64,000 bases of DNA from a candidate division LCP-89 bacterium B3_LCP (GTDB taxonomy: Bacteria; Electryoneota; B3-LCP). A model generated the notes under the pieces. It saw only the letters and a program-made list of their open reading frames with translations. It did not search any database and was not told where the DNA came from. This document shows, one piece after another, positions 10,111-18,301 of the stretch; position 1 is the first letter of the stretch; every line of letters begins with the position of its first letter. The translations under genes and the position numbers were made by a program. The stretch lies in NCBI GenBank assembly GCA_005223185.1, contig NJBN01000005.1, positions 29,091-93,090 on the forward strand, given 5' to 3'.

Positions 10111-11346
10111 TCACCTCGGCATTTCCTCGAGGCGAAGTTCCAAATCCCTGTTCTTTCCATCGCGCTTAATGGTGAAGTTCAACAGGTCGCCGACTTTCAG
10201 ATCCTCATTTTCCAGAAACGTACGGACGGCATTGTAATTGGTTACCTTCTGATTATTGATGGCAATGATAATGTCTGCCACCTGAAAACCGGCTTTTTCG
10301 CCCGGGCTGTCAGTTTCCACATCGGTGACGATCACGCCGTCGGTGGAATTCAGTTTCATGGAGAGAGCGATCAGGCGATCCAGGTTCTGAATTGACAAGC
10401 CGGTCCAGTAGTTGCGGTTTACACCGCCTGCCTCTTGTAGCGCTTCAACTATCTCGGTAATTCTATATACAGGTGTAGCAAAGCCTATCCCCAGTGATCC
10501 TCCTCCTTCGGTGAAGATCATGGTTGCCATACCGATTACTTCTCCTTCAGCGTTGACTAAAGGTCCACCGGAATTCCCCCGGTTGATGGAGGCATCCGTT
10601 TGAATCATGTTTTTGTATATTCGCCCTTCGGAGGTGCGGTTAAAATCACGATCGGTGGCAGAGACGACTCCGACAGTGGCAGTCGGTTGATCGTTGTTGG
10701 TGAAAAGACCGAAAGGATTCCCCAGGGCAATCACCCATTCGCCTATGATAATTTCATCGGATTGGCTCAGCTTTGCGTAGGGAAGATTATCAGCATGAAT
10801 CTGAAGAAGGGCGATATCGCTGTAGTAATCCGCACCGACAATCTGCGCATGGTACTGTTCACCACCTTCCATAGTCACTAATATTTCGGTGGCATTATGG
10901 ACGACGTGCTCGTTGGTTATCACCAGTCCATCAGGACTAATGATGAAGCCTGAACCCAAATTTTCCACTTTCTTCTGGTAATTCCTGCCACGGAAGAACT
11001 GACCCCAGAAGGGATCGTTCCAGAAGGGATTGGGACTGCGGTATTCCCGTACTTGCGTAACATTGATACCGACAACTGCAGGGGCTACCTCTTTTATAGC
11101 TCTGGTGATGGCGTTATTACGGCTTTCCGTTACTGTTTCTGCAAAATATTGGCTTGACGATTGTATCGGAGCTGTCCCCTGTGTTTGCGCGGGATTTTCC
11201 TGTGCTGAAATACCCTCAACAGAAATGCCAGCCGTCAGTTGAGAACGAAAATATTCTCTGAAGCCTAAAATGACAACTGCGCCAATTAGAAAACCGATTG
11301 TGATGTCTCGCCAGAGTTTCACTTCAAATCTTTGACTTTTTTCCAA
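10111..11346 (-). CDS. htrA: HtrA/DegP-family membrane-anchored serine protease with a single PDZ domain
   Basis: N-terminal TM helix, [32 protein letters not shown]-terminal PDZ. Confidence 0.92.
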   Translation of the reverse strand: MEKSQRFEVKLWRDITIGFLIGAVVILGFREYFRSQLTAGISVEGISAQENPAQTQGTAPIQSSSQYFAETVTESRNNAITRAIKEVAPAVVGINVTQVREYRSPNPFWNDPFWGQFFRGRNYQKKVENLGSGFIISPDGLVITNEHVVHNATEILVTMEGGEQYHAQIVGADYYSDIALLQIHADNLPYAKLSQSDEIIIGEWVIALGNPFGLFTNNDQPTATVGVVSATDRDFNRTSEGRIYKNMIQTDASINRGNSGGPLVNAEGEVIGMATMIFTEGGGSLGIGFATPVYRITEIVEALQEAGGVNRNYWTGLSIQNLDRLIALSMKLNSTDGVIVTDVETDSPGEKAGFQVADIIIAINNQKVTNYNAVRTFLENEDLKVGDLLNFTIKRDGKNRDLELRLEEMPR

Positions 11347-11969
11347 TCTTTTAAGAAACTATCTATACCCTTATCTGTGAGAGGATGTTTGACCAGTTTC
11401 TCAATGACTTTAAAGGGCATGGTCACCACGTCCGCTCCCATCATGGCTGCTTCTACAACATGCAGGGGATGGCGCACCGAAGCGACCAGAACTTCGCTGG
11501 TGTAGCCATAATTCTCATATATAGTAACGATTTGATCGATTAGATCCATACCGGAAGTGCTTATGTCGTCCAGACGACCGACGAAGGGGCTGACGAAAGT
11601 GGCTCCGGCTTTGGCAGCTAAAAGCGCCTGCGAAGGACTGAAAACCAGCGTCATGTTGGTCATTATGTCAGCATCTGTCAGTGTGCGGCACGCTTTTAAG
11701 CCTTCCAGGGTCATGGGGAGTTTTATGGTTATGTTCTTGTGGATCTGAGCTAACTTCTTAGCCTCCTTCACCATACCATCGTATTCTAACGAAATCACTT
11801 CTGCAGAAATGGGACCATCGACAATACCGCATATTTCCTTGATCAGATCTTCAAATTTGCGGTTCTCTCTAGCGACCAAAGTGGGGTTGGTGGTTACGCC
11901 ATCCAGGACGCCGATGCTGGCAGCTTGCTTAATTTCATCTACGTTGGCAGTATCAATAAAGAACTTCAT
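11319..11969 (-). CDS. tal: Transaldolase (small MipB/FSA-like class)
   Basis: [17 protein letters not shown], Schiff-base Lys in [21 protein letters not shown]. Confidence 0.92.
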   Translation of the reverse strand: MKFFIDTANVDEIKQAASIGVLDGVTTNPTLVARENRKFEDLIKEICGIVDGPISAEVISLEYDGMVKEAKKLAQIHKNITIKLPMTLEGLKACRTLTDADIMTNMTLVFSPSQALLAAKAGATFVSPFVGRLDDISTSGMDLIDQIVTIYENYGYTSEVLVASVRHPLHVVEAAMMGADVVTMPFKVIEKLVKHPLTDKGIDSFLKDWKKVKDLK

Positions 11970-11992
11970 ATTATCTCCGGTTTGGTTGTTTT

Positions 11993-12835
11993 TTAGGGAA
12001 AGGGAAAGTTCTGTATCACATTACAATCTTTATCAAGATAGGGAAAAGTACCGTACCCTACCTTCATCAAGCATAACCCGTGTGCGGGCGCTGTATAAAC
12101 GTTTAAAATTTTTCGCTTCGATGCTAAGGCTTCCGAAATTTGATCTGATGAGTACTTTCCACGAGCCACATCGCAAATAGAACCTACAATCTGCCTGACC
12201 ATATGGCGCAGGAATCTATTCGCCACGATGTGAAACTTCCATTCGTCATCAAGACACAGCCACTCAGCGGCATGAACACAACAACGGTGATCATCAATAG
12301 CAGGGTCAGCTTTGGAAAAAGCGGTGAAGTCGTGTTCGCCGATGAACAGATCAGCAGCTTGCTTAAGCAGTTCGTCATCCAGTTGGAAATCCGGCGTCCA
12401 GCGGTACTGGCGTCCGAGGGGGCTGTATTTACGGCTAAGTCTGTATCTGTACCAGCGCCATCTGGCGCTGAATCGAGCGTGAAAATCAGGTGAAACGGGT
12501 TCTATTTCAGTTATCCTGACATCCGGAGGCAGATTAGCATTAACAGCCTTCAGAATCACCTCTTGGGTATATTTATGCGGCGAATCGAAGTGCGCCACCA
12601 TACCGGATGCATGTACTCCAGTATCAGTTCTGCCACTGCCGTAAACCTGTATCCTCCCTCCGTACAGACGCGCTAAAGCATCTTCCAATTGCCCCTGAAC
12701 TGTCCGCTGTTCCGGCTGAATCTGCCAGCCAAAGAAATCGCTGCCATCATATTCAAGGGTGATTCTGTATCGCTTACTATTAGAATCGTTTACGCTGGTT
12801 TCTTCTTCAGGACTAAAATTGGATTTATCAGACAT
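11993..12835 (-). CDS. truA: tRNA pseudouridine(38-40) synthase
   Basis: [15 protein letters not shown], catalytic [25 protein letters not shown]. Start set at ATG 12835, overlapping the ecfT stop (TGATG). Confidence 0.96.
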   Translation of the reverse strand: MSDKSNFSPEEETSVNDSNSKRYRITLEYDGSDFFGWQIQPEQRTVQGQLEDALARLYGGRIQVYGSGRTDTGVHASGMVAHFDSPHKYTQEVILKAVNANLPPDVRITEIEPVSPDFHARFSARWRWYRYRLSRKYSPLGRQYRWTPDFQLDDELLKQAADLFIGEHDFTAFSKADPAIDDHRCCVHAAEWLCLDDEWKFHIVANRFLRHMVRQIVGSICDVARGKYSSDQISEALASKRKILNVYTAPAHGLCLMKVGYGTFPYLDKDCNVIQNFPFP

Positions 12836-13635
12836 CAACCATAAAGAATGAATAATACAGCAGTTATGGTAACAACGGAAATCGCCGTGAAATCGTGGAG
12901 CGCAGGATTTCGGGTCAACATTTGGGTGCGTTTTCCACCGCAACGGTAAGCCCTGGCTTCCAGCGCCAGCGCCAAATCGTCTGCTTTCTTTAGAGCGCCG
13001 GCAAACAGCGGAAAAACCATGGGCAGCATGTTGCGAATGACCGCTATCCTGGACCCTTCCAATTCAACGCCTCTGGCAGCCTGTGCCTTGCTGATTTCTT
13101 TAGCTTCCTGCATTAATATGGGCACAAAACGCAACGCTATAGAAACCACCAGGGCGCCTTCGCTGACGGGTAATCCGAAGAACTTCAAGGGACGGAATAT
13201 CTTCTCCAGACCATCGGTCAATTCCTGCGGAGTAGCTACCGCCATGAGAATGGTAGATACCAATACCAGAACGGCAATGCGCACCGTGAATAGAATCCCG
13301 GCAGTTATCCCTTCAGTAGTAACCGCCAACCCAATCAAGGGAATGCGCAGGATTTCGTGTCCGCTGTGAAAGAACAGGTGGATCAAAAATGTTATCAGAT
13401 ACAGCCATTTGAAAGCTGTAACATATCTCCAGAACAGGTGCAGCGGGATTTTTGCTGCGGGAAATAATAGGATCGATAGAAAGAGAAACAGGACTATAGC
13501 GACAACGTTACCGATAAAAAACACTGTCAGCATCAACATCAAAGAGCAGACAATCTTGGTGCGGGAATCCAGTCTGTGAAGTGCCGAATCCCCGGGAAAA
13601 TACCGACCTAATGTCAGATCCTGGAGAAAGCGCAA
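12835..13635 (-). CDS. ecfT: Energy-coupling factor transporter transmembrane component T
   Basis: GRYFPGDSALHRLDSRTK, IALRFVP, AQAARG and ALEARAY (the two conserved ARG-type motifs). Confidence 0.9.
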   Translation of the reverse strand: MRFLQDLTLGRYFPGDSALHRLDSRTKIVCSLMLMLTVFFIGNVVAIVLFLFLSILLFPAAKIPLHLFWRYVTAFKWLYLITFLIHLFFHSGHEILRIPLIGLAVTTEGITAGILFTVRIAVLVLVSTILMAVATPQELTDGLEKIFRPLKFFGLPVSEGALVVSIALRFVPILMQEAKEISKAQAARGVELEGSRIAVIRNMLPMVFPLFAGALKKADDLALALEARAYRCGGKRTQMLTRNPALHDFTAISVVTITAVLFILYG

Positions 13636-13650
13636 TTTGTATAACCTGTA

Positions 13651-13679
13651 AATTTAAACAAAAACAGAGTCAAAGTCAA
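13651..13679 (-). promoter_or_regulatory. Putative sigma70 promoter for ecfT-truA
   Basis: Minus strand TTGACT-N17-TAAATT, 16 nt upstream of the TTG start. Confidence 0.5.
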
Positions 13680-13703
13680 TCAGAATTTGAACGGATACCA
13701 CAG

Positions 13704-14225
13704 TTAGCACCGATCTTTTTTGTCGCTTTTTTTGCTGAATGCACGTTGCAGCCAGTTATCGTCATCTTCTGACCATCCCGGTGGTGCGGTTCCCGTTTTT
13801 TCAAAATTGAGAGATGCGCTAATTATACCTTTGGGGCGTTTGTTCAGCCAATTCCAGAACTCTTCGGAAGTGATCCATTCGACACCGCAGGTTTTGGCAT
13901 AATTCCCTATATCCTTACGATCAGAAGACACCACAACCAAATTTTTGTTATTCTGATTCTTACTGATTTCGCCGCGAATGAAGGCATCTGCGGAAGGTTT
14001 TGCGTAATTGACCCGGATGCCTGGATAATTTGATCTGCCGTTAATATGGCAGGAGGTATCGAAGATGAGATGGAGTCCAATATTCCTATCCGCAGAGAGG
14101 CCGACCAGTTTCCTGATCAGCCTCTCCCGTTGTTCTTCGAAGTTATCTGAATCATTATCGGTCAGAAAGGGTGCTTTGTACAGTAAATTATAGCCATCAA
14201 TCAGATATTTCCGGTTGACAGGCAT
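13704..14225 (-). CDS. NYN/PIN-domain protein, YacP(Rae1)-like
   Basis: YLIDGYNLL, L.FD, SADAFI, VVSSDR acidic PIN motifs. Confidence 0.8.
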   Translation of the reverse strand: MPVNRKYLIDGYNLLYKAPFLTDNDSDNFEEQRERLIRKLVGLSADRNIGLHLIFDTSCHINGRSNYPGIRVNYAKPSADAFIRGEISKNQNNKNLVVVSSDRKDIGNYAKTCGVEWITSEEFWNWLNKRPKGIISASLNFEKTGTAPPGWSEDDDNWLQRAFSKKSDKKDRC

Positions 14226-14779
14226 TATTGCCTAAGTAGCGGTTTTGCTGCATTTTCAAACACGGCTTTATCGCGATAACCGACGAAGCGTTCAGTGATA
14301 TTTCCTTCTCTGTCGATTATGAAGGTGAAGGGGATACTCCCCTGCATATTAGCAGGTATGAGACGTTGATAATTCCCGTAAGCCTCACCATCGGTGAGCA
14401 AGACGGGATAGTTGATTCCCTGCTCCTCGATGAAAGGTGACACCACACTCCAGCCTTTTTGATCGACAGAAATTCCCACAACCATCAATCCCTTATCGCC
14501 ATAGGTATTTTGCAGTTCGATAAAGTGGGGAATCTCATTCCGGCAGGGTGGGCACCAGGTCGCCCAGAAATCTAAGATGACCACTTTGCCTTTTAAATCC
14601 GCTAAACTTAAGTTTTCACCATTTTCATCTTGAAGCTTAAAATCGGGCGCTTTGGTTAGTTTGGCAGCTTGAGCGGTTGCTGTATTTTGTGTTTCCTGAT
14701 CCTTTTTGTCAGAAGCGCAGGCTATCAATGCTGCAGTCAGGGCAAATACCAGGATAAAGCCCGTTATTCTCTTAATCAT
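14225..14779 (-). CDS. TlpA/ResA-family thiol-disulfide oxidoreductase lipoprotein
   Basis: Lipobox ALIAC, APDFKL, DFWATWCPPCRNEIP, IPFTFIIDREG. Confidence 0.9.
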   Translation of the reverse strand: MIKRITGFILVFALTAALIACASDKKDQETQNTATAQAAKLTKAPDFKLQDENGENLSLADLKGKVVILDFWATWCPPCRNEIPHFIELQNTYGDKGLMVVGISVDQKGWSVVSPFIEEQGINYPVLLTDGEAYGNYQRLIPANMQGSIPFTFIIDREGNITERFVGYRDKAVFENAAKPLLRQ

Positions 14780-14788
14780 TATTTTCTC

Positions 14789-15112
14789 CTATATGTGCGT
14801 ATCTATTTTTTCTATCAATTTTGCTTTAGGCAGGACCCCTACAATGCGTTCAACAACCTTTCCTTCCTTGAAGAAAAGTACCTGCGGAACGGAGATCACC
14901 GCATGTTTCTGAGCAGATTGTGGGCTTAAGCCAACGTCAACCTCGACGATCTTGGCTTTGTCAGCCATTTCTTCGGCTAATTCAGCCATTATGGGGTGTA
15001 GTTTTTTGCAGGGACCGCACCATTCAGCCCCGAAATCCACAACTACCAGACGATCGCATTCAATCACTTCATTTTCGAACTGATCGTCATTTATTTTGAG
15101 GACTTCCGCCAT
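14789..15112 (-). CDS. trxA: Thioredoxin
   Basis: 107 aa, DFGAEWCGPC, cis-Pro SVP; no signal peptide. Confidence 0.9.
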   Translation of the reverse strand: MAEVLKINDDQFENEVIECDRLVVVDFGAEWCGPCKKLHPIMAELAEEMADKAKIVEVDVGLSPQSAQKHAVISVPQVLFFKEGKVVERIVGVLPKAKLIEKIDTHI

Positions 15113-15155
15113 TTAATTCTCCTCTTTTGTGATGTTACTATTTATGATAATTCTC

Positions 15156-15620
15156 TCATTCGACAAATATTCTGTCTTCACCGTCAAAAGGCGGGGACAT
15201 TATTGAAAGCGCCACTAAGGGTTGAGCGGTTTTATTTTTCACGCTGTGAACCACGCCTCTCTTCATGAGGATGACGTCTCCGGCGTTGATGGCGCGGGTT
15301 TCATGACCCACAGTCATGACGCCTTTTCCTCTGATGACGTACACAATTTCATCGTGTTTGGCGTGGTAGTGTGCTTTCACCTCTTCGCGCACCTGGATTA
15401 GGGTAGCGCTGCTGGTCGCACTTTGAAGCAGCTTGAGAACTGATATTTCCTGATCATACGGCAGCGGTTGCTGCTGCAGCATATTGAAGACATTTCCTCG
15501 GAAAGCCGACCTGTTTTCCGGCTGCGGGGGACCTTCCTGCGCAAATGCATCATTATGAAGACTTAGGACGAAAAGACTAACCAGTACTATCAGGATCGGG
15601 TTGCTCGATTTAGCGAACAT
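15156..15620 (-). CDS. Exported cupin-domain protein
   Basis: Start set at ATG 15620 behind a GGAGG SD. Signal peptide ending AFA-QE; cupin motifs HYHAKHDEIVYVIRGKG and GDVILMKRGVVHSV. Confidence 0.78.
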   Translation of the reverse strand: MFAKSSNPILIVLVSLFVLSLHNDAFAQEGPPQPENRSAFRGNVFNMLQQQPLPYDQEISVLKLLQSATSSATLIQVREEVKAHYHAKHDEIVYVIRGKGVMTVGHETRAINAGDVILMKRGVVHSVKNKTAQPLVALSIMSPPFDGEDRIFVE

Positions 15621-15651
15621 TTTCAACCTCCACTTTGTTTTCTTCAACTAT

Positions 15652-17526
15652 TCAGTTTTCAGAGATTACACGTTCCATTATTGCAGCTACACCGACGCTG
15701 TTTTTATAACCTACGAATCGTTCCAGCTCATCACCTTGCGGCGAAAAGAAGATGACGGTCGGCATTCCCATCACTCGATAATCCGCCGTCATTTTTCGTG
15801 TCCATTCATTTTGTGTGGTAAAGTCCATCTTCAGGTTGATGAACTGCCGGGATAGCGCTAATACTTCCGGTTGATTGTAGGTTTTATGATCCAATTCCAC
15901 GCAGGCGACACACCAATCGGCGTAGAAATCCATCATCATGGGTTTACCTTGTGCTTCTGCTTTGGTGAAAGCGCCGTCCACATCGTTGATGATCCAGTCC
16001 GGTTCCGATTGGACAGTTTCAACATTACTGGGTGCCGATGGCAGATGCCAGCCAGCTACCTGTGTCAAACCGAAGATGAAGAAGAAGATGCCCACAATCA
16101 TAGCCAGTATGCCGATCCACTTTCTCAACATCCAATTCCATCCGGAAGTTCCATCTGTGGGTCGGAAAGCGCCTAAGTATATGCCAAGCAGGCAGAAGAA
16201 AGCACCCAAGATGAGGTGAAAATAACTTTGGGGGATAATCACGCTGGCGAAATAGACCGCAGTACCCCACAGCAGCCATCCGAAGAAATGCTTGACGCCA
16301 TCCATCCAACCGCCAGACTGGGGAAGTGAAGAAACAGCCCCAGCAAAAGTGCCGATGACTATGAACAGCATACCCAATCCCATGGAAAAAGTGAAGAGCA
16401 ACCCAAAGCCTATGATGACGGAACCGGTCCTGGCTACCCAGGATAGGAGCGCCACCAGGACTGGTCCCACGCAGGGAGCTGCGATCAAACCCGCAGCCAT
16501 ACCCATGAGTATTGCGCCTACCACGCCTTTGCGCTTTCCCGATTGGAGCTTGCCCTGCCAACTGGCAGGTAGCTGAATGTCAAAAGCTCCCATCATGGAG
16601 GCACCCATCACCAGAAAAATGATAATCATGAAACCATACACGGCAGGGTGTTGCGTCAGTCCTCCAAAGACTCCTCCCGATAAAGCAGCGATCACGCCCA
16701 AGGACGAGTACATTATACCCAGTCCAAGAACGAAAAACAGGGATAAGAAGAAGCCCTGAAGCTTGCTTCCGCCTGCATGAGCTCCGATGAAACTGACCGT
16801 TATGGGGATAATTGGGTAAATGCACGGGGTAAAACTAGTTAATATTCCGCCTAAAAATACTAAGAACAACGCCAGCAATGACCCTCTCGCAAGAGCGGAT
16901 TCCACTGAGCCTGCCAAACCTTCACTCCTCGGTGTTGATTCAGGAGAACTTATCTCCTCAAAAGCAGCTTCATCTGTACTGAAGATATCCTCATTTATTA
17001 ATTGCGGCGCAGTTCCTTTCGGGAGGATTTCAGTATCTATTGTCAGTTCTTTTTCAACCGGAAAGAAGCACTGCTGACTTCCAGTTTCCACACAAACCTG
17101 ATATCCGGCTGAAGCGTTAATTAAAATCGAGCCCGGATTGACATTATCAGTTGCGGTAACAGAGGTTCTAACAATGACTTCTCCCTGGAATACATCGTCT
17201 CCTTGAAAATCAACTGCAGGTGGGAACAGAGGCTCACCGAATTCAAGTCCATCGACCGGTTGAAAATCGACGTAGAAAAGTCCCGTTTCCAGCGAAGTTA
17301 TGTGATAATCATTCGGCACCTTAAAAATCACCGCAATTTCAATTGTTTCACCTTGCGTTATGCCCGTGGCTGAAGCCAACATTTCCACAGAAACGTCTTT
17401 CTGTGGATCAAGAGTCTGCGCTTCCGCCTGGACGAGCGTCATCAGTCCAATTGTCAGAATCAAACCAACGATGACAAGCGGTAAAACGAAATATGATGAC
17501 GGTTTGGTAAAATTGATTTGTACCAT
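15652..17526 (-). CDS. dsbD: Three-domain thiol:disulfide interchange protein DsbD
   Basis: Ig-like N-domain with YQVC...QQCFFP, TM domain with TPCIYP and APCVGP, C-terminal thioredoxin DFYADWCVAC. Confidence 0.92.
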   Translation of the reverse strand: MVQINFTKPSSYFVLPLVIVGLILTIGLMTLVQAEAQTLDPQKDVSVEMLASATGITQGETIEIAVIFKVPNDYHITSLETGLFYVDFQPVDGLEFGEPLFPPAVDFQGDDVFQGEVIVRTSVTATDNVNPGSILINASAGYQVCVETGSQQCFFPVEKELTIDTEILPKGTAPQLINEDIFSTDEAAFEEISSPESTPRSEGLAGSVESALARGSLLALFLVFLGGILTSFTPCIYPIIPITVSFIGAHAGGSKLQGFFLSLFFVLGLGIMYSSLGVIAALSGGVFGGLTQHPAVYGFMIIIFLVMGASMMGAFDIQLPASWQGKLQSGKRKGVVGAILMGMAAGLIAAPCVGPVLVALLSWVARTGSVIIGFGLLFTFSMGLGMLFIVIGTFAGAVSSLPQSGGWMDGVKHFFGWLLWGTAVYFASVIIPQSYFHLILGAFFCLLGIYLGAFRPTDGTSGWNWMLRKWIGILAMIVGIFFFIFGLTQVAGWHLPSAPSNVETVQSEPDWIINDVDGAFTKAEAQGKPMMMDFYADWCVACVELDHKTYNQPEVLALSRQFINLKMDFTTQNEWTRKMTADYRVMGMPTVIFFSPQGDELERFVGYKNSVGVAAIMERVISEN

Positions 17527-17531
17527 GATGA

Positions 17532-18299
17532 TTAATCCTTAAATTCGAACGGATCTCCTACTGGTCGTTCAACAGGTGAAGGCGGTGGATCGGAATAGAC
17601 CATAGACGGAACTATCCAAGCCTTAGAACTGATTAAACTCACTGTTTTATTCATCCAATTTACTGCATCGGACCGACTCATAAAATCGCCAATCCTCACT
17701 GCGTAGGAACCCTTTTGAAAGATGACGTAGACGCGAATATCGGAGTGATCAAAATCCAGTTTCCGCCCTAATTCCAATGCTTGTTCCCTACCTTTAAGAG
17801 CGTTCACCTGAATTCTGAAGCCCTGCACTTTGGGGCTTCTTTGAGTATTATCCAAATTAGATGCAATTTTGTCCGATACGATTCTCGCATCGAAGAAATT
17901 CGAGAATGCCAGGGCAGTATTGCGATATTCGGCTGCTGAAACTGAATCAGAGAAATCACCCACGCGCACCCTCCAGATATTATCCTCGAAGCGGATATGC
18001 ACTTTTTCATCCAATCTCAAATCCAAGGTATCCTTGAAATTCCTGGCATAATCCGCTTTGGAGAAGGCACCAAGCTGTATTCTATATCCATCGACAAGGC
18101 GTGGAAAATCGTCAAGATTGATCTCCACTGCCTCACCATGGTTATACGCATCCTGAGCCCGGATCGTAGATGAAATCATTAGGAGAATAATGGTGATAAA
18201 TAAGATGAGATTGCTTCGGGGCTTCGCCCTCGTCCCGAAGGGATCCCTATGGGGCGATGACGGTAAAAAATAGTTATCCAATATTCTCAAGATAGACAT
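17532..18299 (-). CDS. Exported protein with two SPOR (peptidoglycan-binding) domains
   Basis: Two repeats: GYRIQLGAF...WRVRVGDF and GFRIQVNAL...YAVRIGDF; hydrophobic signal h-region. Start uncertain (ATG 18299 or a nearby TTG). Confidence 0.8.
   Translation of the reverse strand: MSILRILDNYFLPSSPHRDPFGTRAKPRSNLILFITIILLMISSTIRAQDAYNHGEAVEINLDDFPRLVDGYRIQLGAFSKADYARNFKDTLDLRLDEKVHIRFEDNIWRVRVGDFSDSVSAAEYRNTALAFSNFFDARIVSDKIASNLDNTQRSPKVQGFRIQVNALKGREQALELGRKLDFDHSDIRVYVIFQKGSYAVRIGDFMSRSDAVNWMNKTVSLISSKAWIVPSMVYSDPPPSPVERPVGDPFEFKD
18207..18261 (-). repeat. REP/RPE-like palindromic element inside the 5' end of the SPOR gene
   Basis: Minus strand GTCATCGC-CCCATAGGGATCCCTTCGGGAC-GAGGGCGAAGCCCCGAAGCAATCTC, containing the hairpins TCCC-TTCG-GGA and GGGC-GAA-GCCC. 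The ends resemble the GTCATTGCGAG...GAAGCAATCTC repeat family (recalled from memory, not searched). Confidence 0.6.
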
Positions 18300-18301
18300 C
18301 C

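Noticed and set aside
10059-10160. ORF-track N-terminal extensions of purB (also truA, mutS, fliD, flgF, pyrD, cobB, the cupin and one GT9)
   Set aside because: They overlap upstream genes or promoters; downstream starts with SD sequences or stop-start overlaps match the family N-termini.
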